Made by a program: the position numbers and the translations under genes. Below are positions 47,670 to 61,192 of a DNA stretch of 64,000 nt, piece by piece (within the stretch, counting starts at the first letter, position 1; each line of letters starts with the position of its first letter). Below the pieces are notes generated by a model that was not told the origin of the DNA, searched no databases, and worked only from the letters and a program-made list of their open reading frames with translations. The stretch lies in NCBI GenBank assembly GCA_976551045.1, contig CDPCPM010000056.1, forward strand, positions 33,108,001-33,172,000, written 5' to 3'. This DNA comes from Glaucostegus cemiculus. Its lineage: Eukaryota.

Positions 47670-48860
47670 GAATACACTCAAGAAAATAAAAGCAGGACTA
47701 GGCCATCTGATCCCTCTAGCCTGCCCCACTGTTCAAAATCATCACAACTGACTCAGGGCCAATTCTACATAGTCCTCAATTCCCTGATTTTTTTTTTTCA
47801 AAACATTATCCATCTCTTCTTTAAATACTTCCACTGTTCTACCCCTATAATTCTCAGGGGTAGAGAATACCAGAGATCCACCATCTTTAGAGAGAAAATA
47901 CTCCTATGCACCTCAGAGTTAAATAACCACCCTCTTTCTTGTAACTGTGTCCCCTCATTCAAGACTTTCACACAAGCGAAAACATTCCATATTTCAACAT
48001 TTACCCTGTCATGCTCCTGTAGCACCTTACATGTTTTAATAAGATCACCCCTCATTCTTCTGAATTTTCAAAAAAATACAGGTCTAATTTTCTTTTTTGC
48101 ATTTCATTGAAGAACAACTCTTTCATCCCAAGAACTAGCCTTCTACTCTCTTCTGGATTGTCTGTAATGCTACTATATACCTTCTTAAGTATGTGGACCA
48201 AAACCCTGTACAATTGTAACAATACTCTATTTTTAAACTCCACTCTCCTAGAAGTAAAAGCCAATAACCTGTAAGCCTCCTTTATTTGTTTCACTGGCAT
48301 GATAATTTATTGTGTATCATGCACAAGGACACCCAGATCCCTCAGTACTTCACTCAGTTACAGTCTCTCTCCATTGAGGTAATACTTTGCTTCAGTTTTT
48401 GATTTAATATTTTAATTGTCCTCCTTTGTTAATCACGGATGGTTCATCTTTCTCATTGAATCCCCCCTTCTAATTGGAATAAATTTTTGCTGAGCATTCT
48501 GAAATAGTTGCTTAAGTACCTGACTCTGCACATTTACTGACCTTTCCTTTAGCCTATTTTGTCAGTCCACTCTGTATTATTTTCCTTCATAGTTTTTTAT
48601 TTGCACTTTTTAATGCTGAGGACACAGATTTTGGACTCAAGATGTTCACTCTCAAACTGTATTTGGATTTCTATTAATTTAAAGTGACTACTTTCAAAAG
48701 GATCCTTAACTGTAAGATCTTTTATTAATCCTACCTCATTGCAGATGACCAAATCTAAAGTAGCCTGTTCTTGATTGTGTTCCATAGGGACCCTTGCCAG
48801 TTTGATTAATCCAATCAATATGCAAATGAAAATCATCCATAATAATTGAATGGTTTGTAT
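47670..48860 (-). mobile_element. CR1 LINE fragments (3' end and endonuclease-region piece)
   Basis: MRGDLIKTCKVL (47798-48055) and EQATLDLVICNEVGLIKDLTVKDP (48597-48887). Confidence 0.8.
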
Positions 48861-51537
48861 TGGCAGAAAAAGGTTCAGGCCTTCCATTACAGCAATGTTT
48901 ATGAAACTGTGAGCCTGTCTGCCACATAATGTTTGATTGCCATTGGCTGCAAGAATTTAGTTTTCCCCCAACAACTACTCCCACCCCACAACAGCTGAGG
49001 TACAAAGTAAAACTGAATAGATCATTGTGATTTTTTTTTTCAAATTCTAATTGGTTGACTTTAATAGATTTGTTGTATGTCTTTTTCCTCCAGTAATTTA
49101 AGATCCTGGGTCAACTCCCATTGGCTGGTTGCTAAAAAAAATACTGTCTATATGATCATTTACAGATTAGTACTTACGTTAATGCTCAACTGCTGGAAAT
49201 AATAAATAAACTTGTTATTTGATTGGCTCTAGTCCTTCTGCTGCAACCATTTGGCATCAGTTGCTGATCTGAGTAATGTTGTATCATTTTACCTGCCCAA
49301 AGTGAGCATGGTGAGTTTTATTCGCTGCAGATAATAACACATTTGAAATTTATAGTTGTATGATGTGAATCATCTACTCTTCGTGGTACTGTGCAGTGAC
49401 ACTGTTATGAAAAGCCGAAGGTTGCTAATAAAACCAAAAAGTCTGCTGGAAAGGCACAACAGATTAATCAGCATTTGAAGGAATCCATTCATCAGACAGA
49501 GCATGATGAGGTAGGAGAAAGCTGTAACACCTGGCTGATTTACAGCAATGGCATGTATAGGACCAATAAATCTTCTCAATCGCAAATTTGTCGAGTGTTT
49601 TGCTTTATCGAAGGTAATCATGTTAAAGTCTTTAATACCATTTATTACTGCATGAGCATGTTTGCTTCACTGGTTGAACTAAGTATTTTGCAGATATTTT
49701 CAATCTGTGCTTATATTTGTGGCACTTGCCAGATAACAAAAGGCCGATATATCATTTCCAGTATCTGGATTAAAATTCAGCCCACACTGGTGGGATGAAA
49801 GTCTCCTTTGTCTGCTGGGGCCTTGTGTCTTTGAACAGTCTTAAGCTAGTTCCCAGAAGGCTTGAGGCTATTGTGCAAAATCGGCACTCAGAGAAGCCAT
49901 AGGATGGCTGTGAAGATTGCTGTTCTGGATTTCAATCTCAGGCACATTAGAGAGATGGTACAAAGGGAATATTTCCCTATGCCTAACAGCTCAGGGTGTG
50001 CTTAATGCTGATACAGGGATCCTGAGATGAAAGTATTTAATTCCATCTCAAAAATTGTTCATCTTGATTAACACTGTGCTGGGGAATTAAAATGAGGACT
50101 TTTCCCTCCACTGAGGAGACTCTATCAACTCTGTTCTTGCTCACCTGCAGTGATTAAGAATGAAAAGCTTGTTATCCAAGAGGCAATTCTGTTGTCACTT
50201 TTGAAATCCAACAATCAGTCTACCCCTCTCTTCTGCTGCAACCTTTCTTGCTAAGGAATTCCATTGTGTGCAAGCTTTTTATGCACAGACGATTGATTGG
50301 TTTGGGGTGGAACATCAGCATTTCTGTGTGTGTAATGTGAACTTGAATCACGGGCCTCTCTAAGAGGGTTACACCTGCACAAAAATGCCGATGAATGTAC
50401 AGCAATTATACTGTTTGGCATGTAAAGATATTTACCAACACTGCTATGAAATTGGAGGAACTATGTAACCCTCAAGAGGAAACAACACCAATTTTTCTGA
50501 ATGAATGTCTACAAAAGTACCAGGGCCTATCCTCGTATGAATTGTTGTCAGGGAGTCCTCCACGGAAGCCAGGCCTTGAACTTTCACAGATGAACCTTAC
50601 ATCTCTGTAGTCAAGAAAAGGCCTCTTTCTTTGGGGGTTTGGTGAAGTATAGTCAACTCTGGGATCTTCCAGATTTCCATCTCTATCCCTACAATGTCCA
50701 ACCATTCTTCAGAGTCATAGAGTCTCCACTCCCAACACCCACCTGCATCTCCTGGTTTGGGTACCCCACTGGAGTCCCAATATTCAACCCAACATGAAGC
50801 TGTTGTGCTTGTTGAGAATTGCTAGACTAAGAGCTCCTGATGTGACAGGAATATCGCACTTGCAAATTTGTGCTTCTCTCACGACTCTTGAAACTGCCCA
50901 CTATTAGTTACATACAGCTGTACTGAAGTTCCAGGAATCATACCACCCTTGTACCTGGTAAGCTTCAGAATATCACTCCTCTGTTACCACACAAGTAACT
51001 GGTCTAGGTAATTGGGAAGTTTAGCTTCTCGACTTTTTCTAGTTTATTTAGGATTTTAATGATAGCTAAACTCTGGAGTTTAATGATAGCTAAACCCTCC
51101 TACCTTCTTGTTTCCAAATCTGCAGTGCCACCCAGTATTTTCTCTTCTTATTGTTAAAATGAAGTCAATTATTATCATTTCTTACTAAAAAACAATTTGT
51201 TTGTAACTGTCTGATTTGACTGCTAAATCTTTTTTATTACAAATGCCAGTGTGTCACTGGTCAATAATACCCTTTGTAGAACCTGATTTCTCATGATAAT
51301 ATTAAGATCAGAATATGAAAACTATCATGTGTTGCCCAATCCTTTGGTCCATGTGCACATCTAGCAAGGCTCCATGTCAGCAATAAAACATAAATTACTC
51401 CTTACGTTCTTGCAGTACAGCCATGTTCTGGTATGAACAGTGGAGTTATGAATCTTATCACCATAATATTCAGCTAGACTTTTAAAACAAGAAGTTAAAC
51501 TTTAGACAGAACATCATAATATGGAGCCAAGCAATCA

Positions 51538-52012
51538 AAGAACATAGAACAGTACAGCACAGGAATAGACCCTTCAGCCCATGATATTTGTGCCGAACAT
51601 GATGCCAAATTAAACTAAATCTCTTCTGCCTGCATATGATCCATAACCCTACATTCTCTGCATATTCAGGTGCCTATTTAAAAGCCTCTAAAATGCCACT
51701 TTCATATCTACTTCCAGCACAGGCAGTCCATTTCGGGCACTTACCACTCTCTGTGCAAAAAAAACTTGCCATGCACATCTTCTTTAAACTTACTCCACTC
51801 ATCTTAAATGCACATACTCCAGTAATTGTCCCTGGGAAAAAGACTCTGACGATCTACCTTATCTATATCAGTCATAATTTTATAGACTTCTATCAGGTCT
51901 CCCCTCAGCCTCTGACACTCCAGAGAAAATAACCCAGCTTTGTCCAACCTCTCCTTATAGCTCATACTCTCAAACCTAGGCAATGTCCCAGTAAACTTCT
52001 TCTGTACTCTTT
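51538..52012 (-). mobile_element. CR1 LINE 3' end
   Basis: aagaacatagaacagtacagcacaggaatagacccttcagcccatga...tcaggtctcccctcagcctc; homologous to 20578-21050. Confidence 0.88.
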
Positions 52013-55000
52013 CATTTGCTCGTTTCTCTGGTAGACTCCACAGTTGCCTGGCTACAGTTACTTAAATACTCAGATCTTTGCAAACATTGTTTCACAATTT
52101 TAGCTTTTGCCTTCATTCTTCGGCTAGGATCATTCCATCACCTTTGGAGATGCCAGTTTTCATCCCAATCATCTCAACAATGGCTACCCACTACAATCAT
52201 TGCACCATTATGGACATACTTTATTTATTGAAGCATTATTGTAGTCCCTGTATGAAGAATAGACAATCTATCATTTTGTGCGAAGGAAAAATAATTCCAG
52301 TTCATCATGTCACACCATTCCAACTTAGAAACCAAGGTAAGGAGTGTTAGCAACATGAAAATAGGAGTCAAGGTTGTTAGACTGAATAAGATGATGAAGA
52401 AGCTTTACATCTGGTTCATGTCGGGATTACTCATTCCACTTCAGTATTTTTGTTCTGCCAGATCTATGTTTCATAGATTTGTTTCATTAAGCTTTCCAAT
52501 ATACCTTGCCCTGGTAATAGTGCACTGAGAGTCTGCAAAAAGCAATCCATATCATCTGCTCAATGGTGAACTAAACTGATTAGTTTTAACAGCAATCTCA
52601 GCATCAATCCTGTGGGATTCCAGCACTAAAGTATATTGTGACTGTGTGCCTTCTCCCCAATGAACAAAATGAAAGAAGCAATTGTAGTTTAGTCATTGGT
52701 AGTGTTGCATATGTAATCTGGTGTTTTCACCCTCCAGCATGGTTGTGACACTGCAGATTATTTTTCCCACATTTAACAAGGCGTTATGATGTAATTTGCA
52801 AATTTCTTTCCCAACACTGAATAAATGTGTTGGTTAATCCTAGACTTTGAGATTAGGTTGATTTTATTCTAACTCACATAAGTACATGGACAACTGATTC
52901 TGGCCATGTTACCTACTCACCAGAGCACTACCAGCAGTTCAGTGTTTTGAATTTTAACCTGCTGCACTGAGCAGATAGCAAGGATAGCCATTTGAAACAT
53001 CTGGCATACTTCTTTATGCATGCATGTAAAGACCAACTAGACCACTAGTGTAGGCAGCAAGTTTAGTTAATAGCCTGAGCCATTTGGCTTTTGCTTTCAT
53101 TATGCAGCCACAGTGTTCATCCAGATCAGCAAGCAAAGCTGAGCCTTCCTCAGAACACATTCTATCAGTCCTTTCCCAAAGGCAGGGCCATCACAGAAGC
53201 AAACACAAGATAATGTGGGCGGTCTCTGGGATATGTAATCATTTTTTCCCTTGTCCTCCCTGCTGACCACCCCCCTCCCATCAACTCTTCCAAGCAGAAA
53301 TTCCCTCCAACAGGATTTAAATCAAACCATGTAGTAAAAGTAATTTATTATTTCCTATGTATGAGCAGAGTATTTGTTTCCAAATCTCTTTTCTACCCAC
53401 CCAAAATTTAAAATTAGAATTGTGCTCATGAGACATTTGAATGATTTTCATTGCAACATAATTGTCCACTGTATTCTGCTAATTGAGTGCAAAGAAAAAA
53501 GTGCTGTCCTATCAATGTTTTTCTTTGAAAACGTCTGGGTGATAATTGTTTATTTATAGGTCCCATCTGACACTGCTAAACATAGGGGCAGACACTTGCA
53601 AGATATTCATGTCTGGAAACACACTAAATTAGACTCAGTTTCAGGTAGTTCATGAAAATTACTTTAGCTGTGGGGATTTCAGGGTGAATTTGTGGAAAGC
53701 CTTGCCATCTTCCCACTCCCCAAAGCTCCTCCTGTCCTTAGAGCTGAATGTGAGCACTGGATAGTGTGCTTGCTCATACACATGATAGAAGCTTGTGGAC
53801 AGACCAGAGTTTTCTCTGGTTCTAGTTATCTTTTATATAAAGGTTCAGAGATAGTACAAGAACTCAAAGTCAGGCAGAGAGGGAAGAAGGGATCAGATTA
53901 AGGGAAAGCGGATTAGACAGAAGAGAGAACAGAAGAACACAACCTAAGCACCTGCTGAACTCCTTAACCTGCATCCTGCACTGTGTGTCCAGACACTAAG
54001 TACACAATGTGAATGCTGGCACTCATATTTCTATTGCCTGAATTCACGTCAGTGAGATATCATATCTGTGATAATTATACATATATTTGCTTTGCATTTG
54101 TAGTGTATATGGTTATTTGTTGAAACATATTTGTCCTGGTATAGTGCACGACCTGCATTTTTCAATCCAACTACTCATGTACATTGGGAATGACCAACAG
54201 TTGTACTAGGTTCTGCACATTCTCACCCATTGACTGCAGTGGAATCAGTAGTGTTGAGGTGAGTATAACTGGCAACTAATACTCATGCAAACATTTAGTG
54301 CCAGCAACCAAAGAGGAATTTCATCCTCTATGTGTTCCTTGGACTTCATATTTTCCAAGAAGTTTCTGTCCCCAATCCGAACATTTGTAAAATAAGCAGC
54401 GGGCAACAGGAATGAAATATTCTTCAAACGTCAGTTCCTGCTAAGCATGTGCAGTTGCCAAGGATCTCGACTACAGTAATTTTAAGTGAAGTTGTCACCT
54501 GTCTGATGCTCTTGGGTATGTCACTGAGAACATTTACCTAGCAGTTGGATTGCGCAGTGCCACATTATTTTGTGCCAGGTGATTTGTTTCAATTAAAAAT
54601 AGAATACAGTAGAACCAAAATCATACGCCTCTGAGTTCTCTGTGCACCTGACACACTGAAACACAAGGAAGCTTAAACGTGTCCAGCAGCATGATATGTG
54701 AGGCAGACCATCCTTAAGGAATCATGTGGCTTACTCCAAATTCCATTCCAAAGGCAGAAACCTGCAAAGTATTTAAAACGTACTTGGACAAGAACTTGAC
54801 ATACCATAAGCTACAAAGCCAAGTTTGAATTGGGAAATATTCTTCAAGCCACAGATCCTGCTTAGCATACGTGCAGCTGCCAAGGATCTTGAACAGCACT
54901 TTTTCAGCCTGTGTGAATTTAATAGGCTGAATGCCTCCTTTGTGCCATAAATATCTATGATTCTGTGAAATTCTGGTCTGTGGTATTTTAGGGTACTAAC

Positions 55001-55019
55001 ACAAACTATTATGTGCTCG

Positions 55020-55565
55020 GTAGGACATCTTGTAGTTATGTGCAGTTATGGTGTCCTTACCAAAAAAAAAGATGCACTTGACATGGAGGGAGTGCAAATA
55101 AGGGTTCATCGGACTGATCACTGGGATGGTGGTACTGGTATATGAAGATGATTAAGGTGACTGGATTTGATTTAACTAGATCTTGAAAGAATGAAAAAAT
55201 TCTTAAAAACTAAAGCTTGATGACTGGATGTGGAAAGAATGTTTTTTCTGGGCTGGGGTATCTAGAATGAAGGGTCACAATCTTAAGATACAGGGGAAGA
55301 GATTTAGGACTGAGGAGGGGAGAAATGTCTGCACTCGATAGGGTGATGAATCAGTAGAATTCCCTACCACAGAGGGCTGTATAGACCAAGTCACTGGAAG
55401 TTTTTGAGGAGATACATAGTCCTCTATATGTAAATGGAATTATGGGGCATGGGGAGAGAACAGGAATATAGTATTGGGATTAATCAACCATGATTGTATT
55501 AAATGATAAAACAACCTTGCAGGGCTGAATGGTGTATTCCTGCACTTCTTTATTTCTATGTTTCT
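55020..55565 (+). mobile_element. CR1 LINE 3' fragment (decayed)
   Basis: tatgtgcagttatggtgtccttacc...tctagaatgaagggtcacaatcttaagatacagggg...gggctgaatggtgtattcctgcac...tttctatgtttct. Confidence 0.75.
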
Positions 55566-55722
55566 GCATTTACAAATGTAAAATGTAGATATAACTATTA
55601 TTTTTCAGACACTTTTGGCCATGTATAGGACAGATGCTACAGAACCTTCCTTTACCAATGGTTCCTAATTTACTTAAATCCAATGTTACTGAGCATTAAG
55701 AAATTGAAAAACAAATTGTTCT

Positions 55723-55726
55723 ACAC

Positions 55727-55793
<67 letters not shown>
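55723..55793. repeat. (AC)n microsatellite
   Basis: About 35 AC units with one interruption. Confidence 0.97.
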
Positions 55794-55798
<5 letters not shown>

Positions 55799-57509
55799 AT
55801 TAAAGAGCTCAAGAAACCAAATGCAACATGAAAAAAGAAATTTCATCCATACAGAAACTGAATTGAATTATGAAAGGTACCAAGCTCCATAAATTAATAA
55901 TTCACTGTTAATGGGAGTGTATCCTTCTATATCAAAAATGTGGTTTAGAAGATTTACATCACCGATATCCTTTCAATTATTTACAATTATTTAAACGCTG
56001 AACATTTTAATGAGCAATATCATTAACATACATATACAAGATTGCTTTTAAATTTTATCCTGTGAAGATCCTAATGAACCAACAATATCTGACATGGGCT
56101 GAGATGTATGGTCCGTTTGTATAATACTGTATTATGATCTAATTCTTCACATGACTTCTGCTGTTCATTACTGGTATTGTTCAAAGTGTAGTCAAAATAA
56201 TGATAGGTCCATCTGAATAATTGGTTAGGCCAAGGTTAATTCTAAGTGGCCTACTTTGGGAAGCATATTAAGACATACTATAAAAGCAGAAAGCAAAAGG
56301 TAAAGTCATAGCAAGGATCAAAGTCTAAGGCTAGCCTAAAGAAGCTGGGTCTCTCTTCATTAATTCAGAAACTACCATGAGATGATTTGTTGGAGGTGCT
56401 CAGAATATTGAAAGGTTTTGCTAAATTAGTTGAGGGGAAACTATTTTTCAATTCCAGTTTCATTCTCTCTGAGCAAATATCTGGGCTTATATTGTTGTCC
56501 CTGCGAATAATATTACTAAATGACCTCAACAATAGCAAAATCTAAAATAGTATTTCACTGATGTCCGACTCCTAAGATTTAGGACATGTCATCCATGATA
56601 AAATACTCATCTGAGTATTTTAATCCACTCAGCAGATGGGAGTATGGATTATAGTCATCACTGAAGAGTTATGCCAACTCACGCTTCTATTTAGTAAAAT
56701 TCCAGAGCTTCACAGAATTGCCATTTACTGCCGAAATATAATAAATCAGATTTAGGATGACAAAAAAAAATAAAGTTTGAAGAGAGAAATACTATCTTGT
56801 TTTCCCCTTAAACAGATTATGGATGAACTGTCTTGTCACCAGTGGTACCTCATTTAAACACCTCAAATCTCTATATAATCCCTCTGTGTCTTTCAAGCGA
56901 AGCCAAGCAAAAATCACTCTCACATTTCCTTGGTTCCCCATGGCAATTCTACTCGATTTTGGGATTTTGGGTGGATTAAAATTCCAGGTATTGGTTTCCT
57001 CCCAGACTACACATCTGATCAGCTGAGTATCTTATCACAGACTAAATGTCCTAGATAATCACAAATCCCTTTCTCAATGAGACTGAAAAAACATAGTACC
57101 CTCTTTGCAATAAACATTAGAAGTTATTATCAGTACAGACTTACACCTGTCAAAACCCATCACAGTCTATTTGTATATTGCACTGTTGCACTACATTGAA
57201 TTCAAGGAACTGCAAGAAGCCATTTAGCTTCTATTCTGTTCTGTAAACTATTCTTCATTGGTACAGATAGTTCATTGTACTGTGGCAATCCTACAATCTG
57301 TGCAGCTTTAATTCTGAGAAGTTCAAAGAAACATGAGTAAGGTCCATCTATAAATGGATCTAATGGATACTCTTAAACTCCTTTACACAGCTTAACCCCT
57401 GACACTTGCTCCTCATTGTCACACTCTCCTCTAAAGTCTAAAAGACTTTAGTGTTCTGATTTCTACTAAATTGATATTCAAATTCATTATGCTGGCTTTG
57501 GCTATTGCT

Positions 57510-57690
57510 ATATTATACTATGGCATCATGATGGGAGAGGAACTTTGGGAACAAAATGATCAGGCCAGAAGAACCATGCAACATGACAAAGAACACCCCA
57601 ACAGCAACAGACCTCCCCAACAGGTTTGCAAGCTCTATTGGTCCTACATAGATCTCACTGACCAACTGGCTATCCATCCCAAGTCTTGCA
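57510..57690 (+). mobile_element. Possible RTE-clade LINE C-terminal fossil
   Basis: VCKLYWSYIDLTDQLAIH resembles a decayed terminal C2H2 motif (CxxCGRxCRSxIGLxSHLRTH) of RTE ORFs. Confidence 0.4.
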
Positions 57691-58769
57691 CCTCTCCAAG
57701 GTAACATTGAGAATCTCTGCCAACTTCATCTTAAAAAACTCCCCTTCCACAACTGTGCAGCAAAGATAATTAAAGTGACAGGAGAAGATATTTTTGCATG
57801 AGTGAGATCCAGGAAATCACAAGCCATCTGTTCAGAATCATCAGTAGTTAGGTAGTAAATGCCCACTTTCACCGTACTGCAGAATTACACCACATGGGCA
57901 TTGTTCCCATATAACAGAGGGATACATCCACAACTTTCTACAGGATAGTGGATTCTCCTTGTTATCATATTAGTATGCATGTGGCAATGATAGAGTTAGT
58001 GTAGGGAAACTGTTTTTCCATGAAGTCTATATCACCATCACCATGAGGAACATAAATAACAACACAAATAGCCAGCATTTTCCAAAGAAAACATTTCTTT
58101 AATTGCAAATTAAGTAGGTGGAACATGAGTATGAGTTTCTGTTAAGGTGTGTGTGTGTTTACGCACAGAAAGGGATGCTGGATTCTAGTGCTTTTAAGAA
58201 TGGAAGAAAGAGTGTTAGAAAAGTTGCGGGGATCCTTAACCCAAAGTTTAACATTAATCGTGTGAGTGTTTTTGAGTATTTCTTCAAGAGTGGGCAGACA
58301 ATGAATGGAGAGTGTGGTGACATACGACACTTGGGAAGTGTTTTTATTTCTCATCAATGAACCATCCTAACCATGATGGGCTGGGGCTCCATGCTGGTGC
58401 AGTGCTACCAGCTGTTTGCTGCCTTTATAATATTGTGTCCAGTTCATGAAAACCAAACTCAGGGGTGTGAGGCTCTACTGTGTACATTTTAGGAAAGGGT
58501 TTAGAAATCTTTCCCAGAGAAGGTATCTGTGCTTCTTTTGCAACTTTTCCAGAGGAAGAACACAACTGAACAGGACTGTGTTAGGCTGGATTGGTGTTAT
58601 CAAGTGCTTTGAAAGGAAATGCCAGAAAATAATCCTCAGCATCTGCTCACTGTGCTGTTAAACTGCTGCTCCTTGAGTCTGTAGATTGAAATTAATTTAG
58701 TTCATGTCAACAACTTCCACAGTTTCTGCACTCTAATTTTCGCAGAGTTGGAGCAAAAAGCTTACTTTA

Positions 58770-59325
58770 AATTCACTTACGTGATGTGCGTATCACTGGC
58801 CAGACCAACACATAATGCCTGTCAATTGCCCTTGAGGAGATGGTGGAAAGCTGCCTCCTTAACCCTCTGAACTACGTGTTTTGAAGGTTCACCAACAGGC
58901 TTGTTGATCACAGTGTGTTCGCCAGGTGAGCTGCTTTGCCCTGATTATAATCAAGAATCTTGGGGATTGTTGGAACTACTCTCGGCTGGGAGAGAGTATT
59001 CCATCACATTCCTCATTTGTGGTTTTGGGAAGTCAGGAGATGAATCACTCACCTCAGAATACCCACTTTTAACCTGCTCTATTAGTCATAACTTTTATAT
59101 AGCCTTTTCAGTTAAGTGAATGGTGACCTCCCAGGATGTTGTTGTTAAGGGACTGGGTACCTACTCCTCTGACCTCTGACATTTTTACGGAGGGAAGGTC
59201 ATTGATGACACAGCTGAAATGATTGCTCCTAGAGCAAGCCCTCAGAACTTCTGAAGTGATGTTTCAGGTTTGAGTGATTGACCGCCAACAGCCCCATATC
59301 TTCCTTTACACTGGCATGATTCCAC
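58770..59325 (-). mobile_element. CR1/L2-clade LINE fragment
   Basis: gatgtgcgtatcactggccagaccaacacataatgcc..aattgcccttgaggagatggtgg, the same family as 34385; also aggtcattgatgacacagctgaa. Confidence 0.65.
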
Positions 59326-61192
59326 TCAAAAAAAATTAAATTGGATTAAACCTGGAAATTTATGCACTTCTCCCTCTCTTAGTGAAAGGTGTATCATTCT
59401 AGCTGAATTACCGCTAACCAACAGCAACAAATTTAGGAACAATGAAGACTTTGTATTAAACATCCAACATTCCTTCCCCCCCTCTCACACACTATATCCA
59501 CCACATCCCCAATACTACCCCTCCTACCCCTCTCCTTGGGCTGTACACCAGCAGGATAAAAACTGGCTAAAATAATAACTAATCATAAAGCTCATATGAC
59601 AATGTAATCAAGACTTAAGATGTCTTATGCAATGGTATGAAAATCTATTGCTCAAATACATTAGCTTATCCTGCTCCTGAATTACTACTTGTGGAATGAC
59701 CATTGTACCTGGCATGTATTCTGTGAGTCAGATATGAAGATATACAGAATCTGGGTATGCAGCTAGAAAAATTGTGCCGAATGTAATCTCAGCTGATTTT
59801 GTTGTAAAGCTTTCAGAATGAAGAAAAGTACAGTACAATTTCAGCATTTTGATGTGGCAAGCAATGATAAATGGAGTGTGTATGAGAGCACCAGTGAAAC
59901 CACATTACATTGGTAATGAGACTATGTATATGCAAAACATTTCACCAATGACAAAGGTAATGGCTGAGGACAGCATTAGAAAGAAATGCAAGAATGGAGG
60001 ATAATCCTTAGTTTCTTTGAAAGATGCTGTCACTATAATTTATTCTCCTTAATAGCAACATTTGTAAAATATGTACATACTTATTCATTAAAATGTAAAA
60101 CATATTGGGAATGACATGTCCTAAGCCTGGTGTCTGGTGTATCTAATCTCAGGGTGTTTTATATTTTAATTGACTGACATTTTTTTCAAGTATTCAGCAT
60201 AAATGCAGTTCCACAGTTGCTTTATTAGATAAATAGACAAATATGTAGACCAAACTTACCTTTGAATCAGCCCCACATTTAGTTGGTCTCACCAATGCAG
60301 CACTTGGGAAATACAATTGTCCATAGATAAGTAAAGTAAGAGAGCTCCCAGTATTAATTTCCATCTACAGATCCTGCTGTAAAGTGCATGCATGTGAATG
60401 TGAAACCATGGATAATAGTCAGTCTACTGTGCTGATGCATGAAAAATCCTTTTTGAACCTGGTGCTAGTATCTAAGGATTGGAAACTGAATGACATTATG
60501 AGTTAGCTTTCAGGACAGCTGGGGAAAAAACATGCCTCAAGTAGGATACTGGAAACGTGCAAAAATATAGAACTATAAATTGTCATTTAATGTTTCCTCT
60601 AAGTATGTGGCACATATCACCTTGTACAATTCTGCATGAGAATCACTCTATGCCTCTATTACACGGAGTGAGACTCAGGCTTTACATCTCAAAATGAGAT
60701 TATAACTGCAGTGCACTTGGGAAATCAGGTAATAGAATAATAGCAAAAAAAAATTGTGATCTTGAGAGGAATAAGATCACACAGTGCAAAGCTTTAACTC
60801 ACTGGTGCATGGAAGTACATTGCAGCACAATGGTGGTAAGCAAAGATAAAATAGAGGATTTCATTAAAGCAGTAGTCCATAAAAAGGTATTGCAGGATAT
60901 GTGTCTGCTGTATAATAGATTAATGCATTACTTCTTATGCTCTTTAGTATTGCAGTAAGTGAGCAGTTTGTTATTTGATTGATTTGCAGAACCAGATTAT
61001 TATTTCATTGTGATTAACAAAATCAACAAAAAGCTAGACAACCACATTATAAAGGCATGGGATATTATAGGAAAAAATGGTGATTGGAGTTAATTTTATT
61101 GCCAATGCTTCAATAAGGCTCAATAATGAGGGTGAGAAATTAGAAGTATGAAAAGGATTGTACAATTGAATTATTGCTTTTTGTTCCTTCAG

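Noticed and set aside
51416-51477. Acceptor giving VQPCSGMNSGVMNLITIIFS*, weakly GPI-signal-like
   Set aside because: The hydrophobic stretch is short, it has no IgLON similarity, and it is adjacent to a CR1. Such matches are expected by chance.
56816-56860. Acceptor followed by ...QWYLI, as an alternative GPI exon
   Set aside because: The frame compatible with a phase-1 junction stops after three codons (DYG*). The true GPI exon is at 31388.
57471-57704. ORF with a hydrophobic N-terminus (FIMLALAIAILYYGIMM) and a donor-like end, as a transmembrane NEGR1 exon or small protein
   Set aside because: It has no good acceptor and a non-ATG start, and its C-terminal part looks like a decayed RTE LINE zinc finger.
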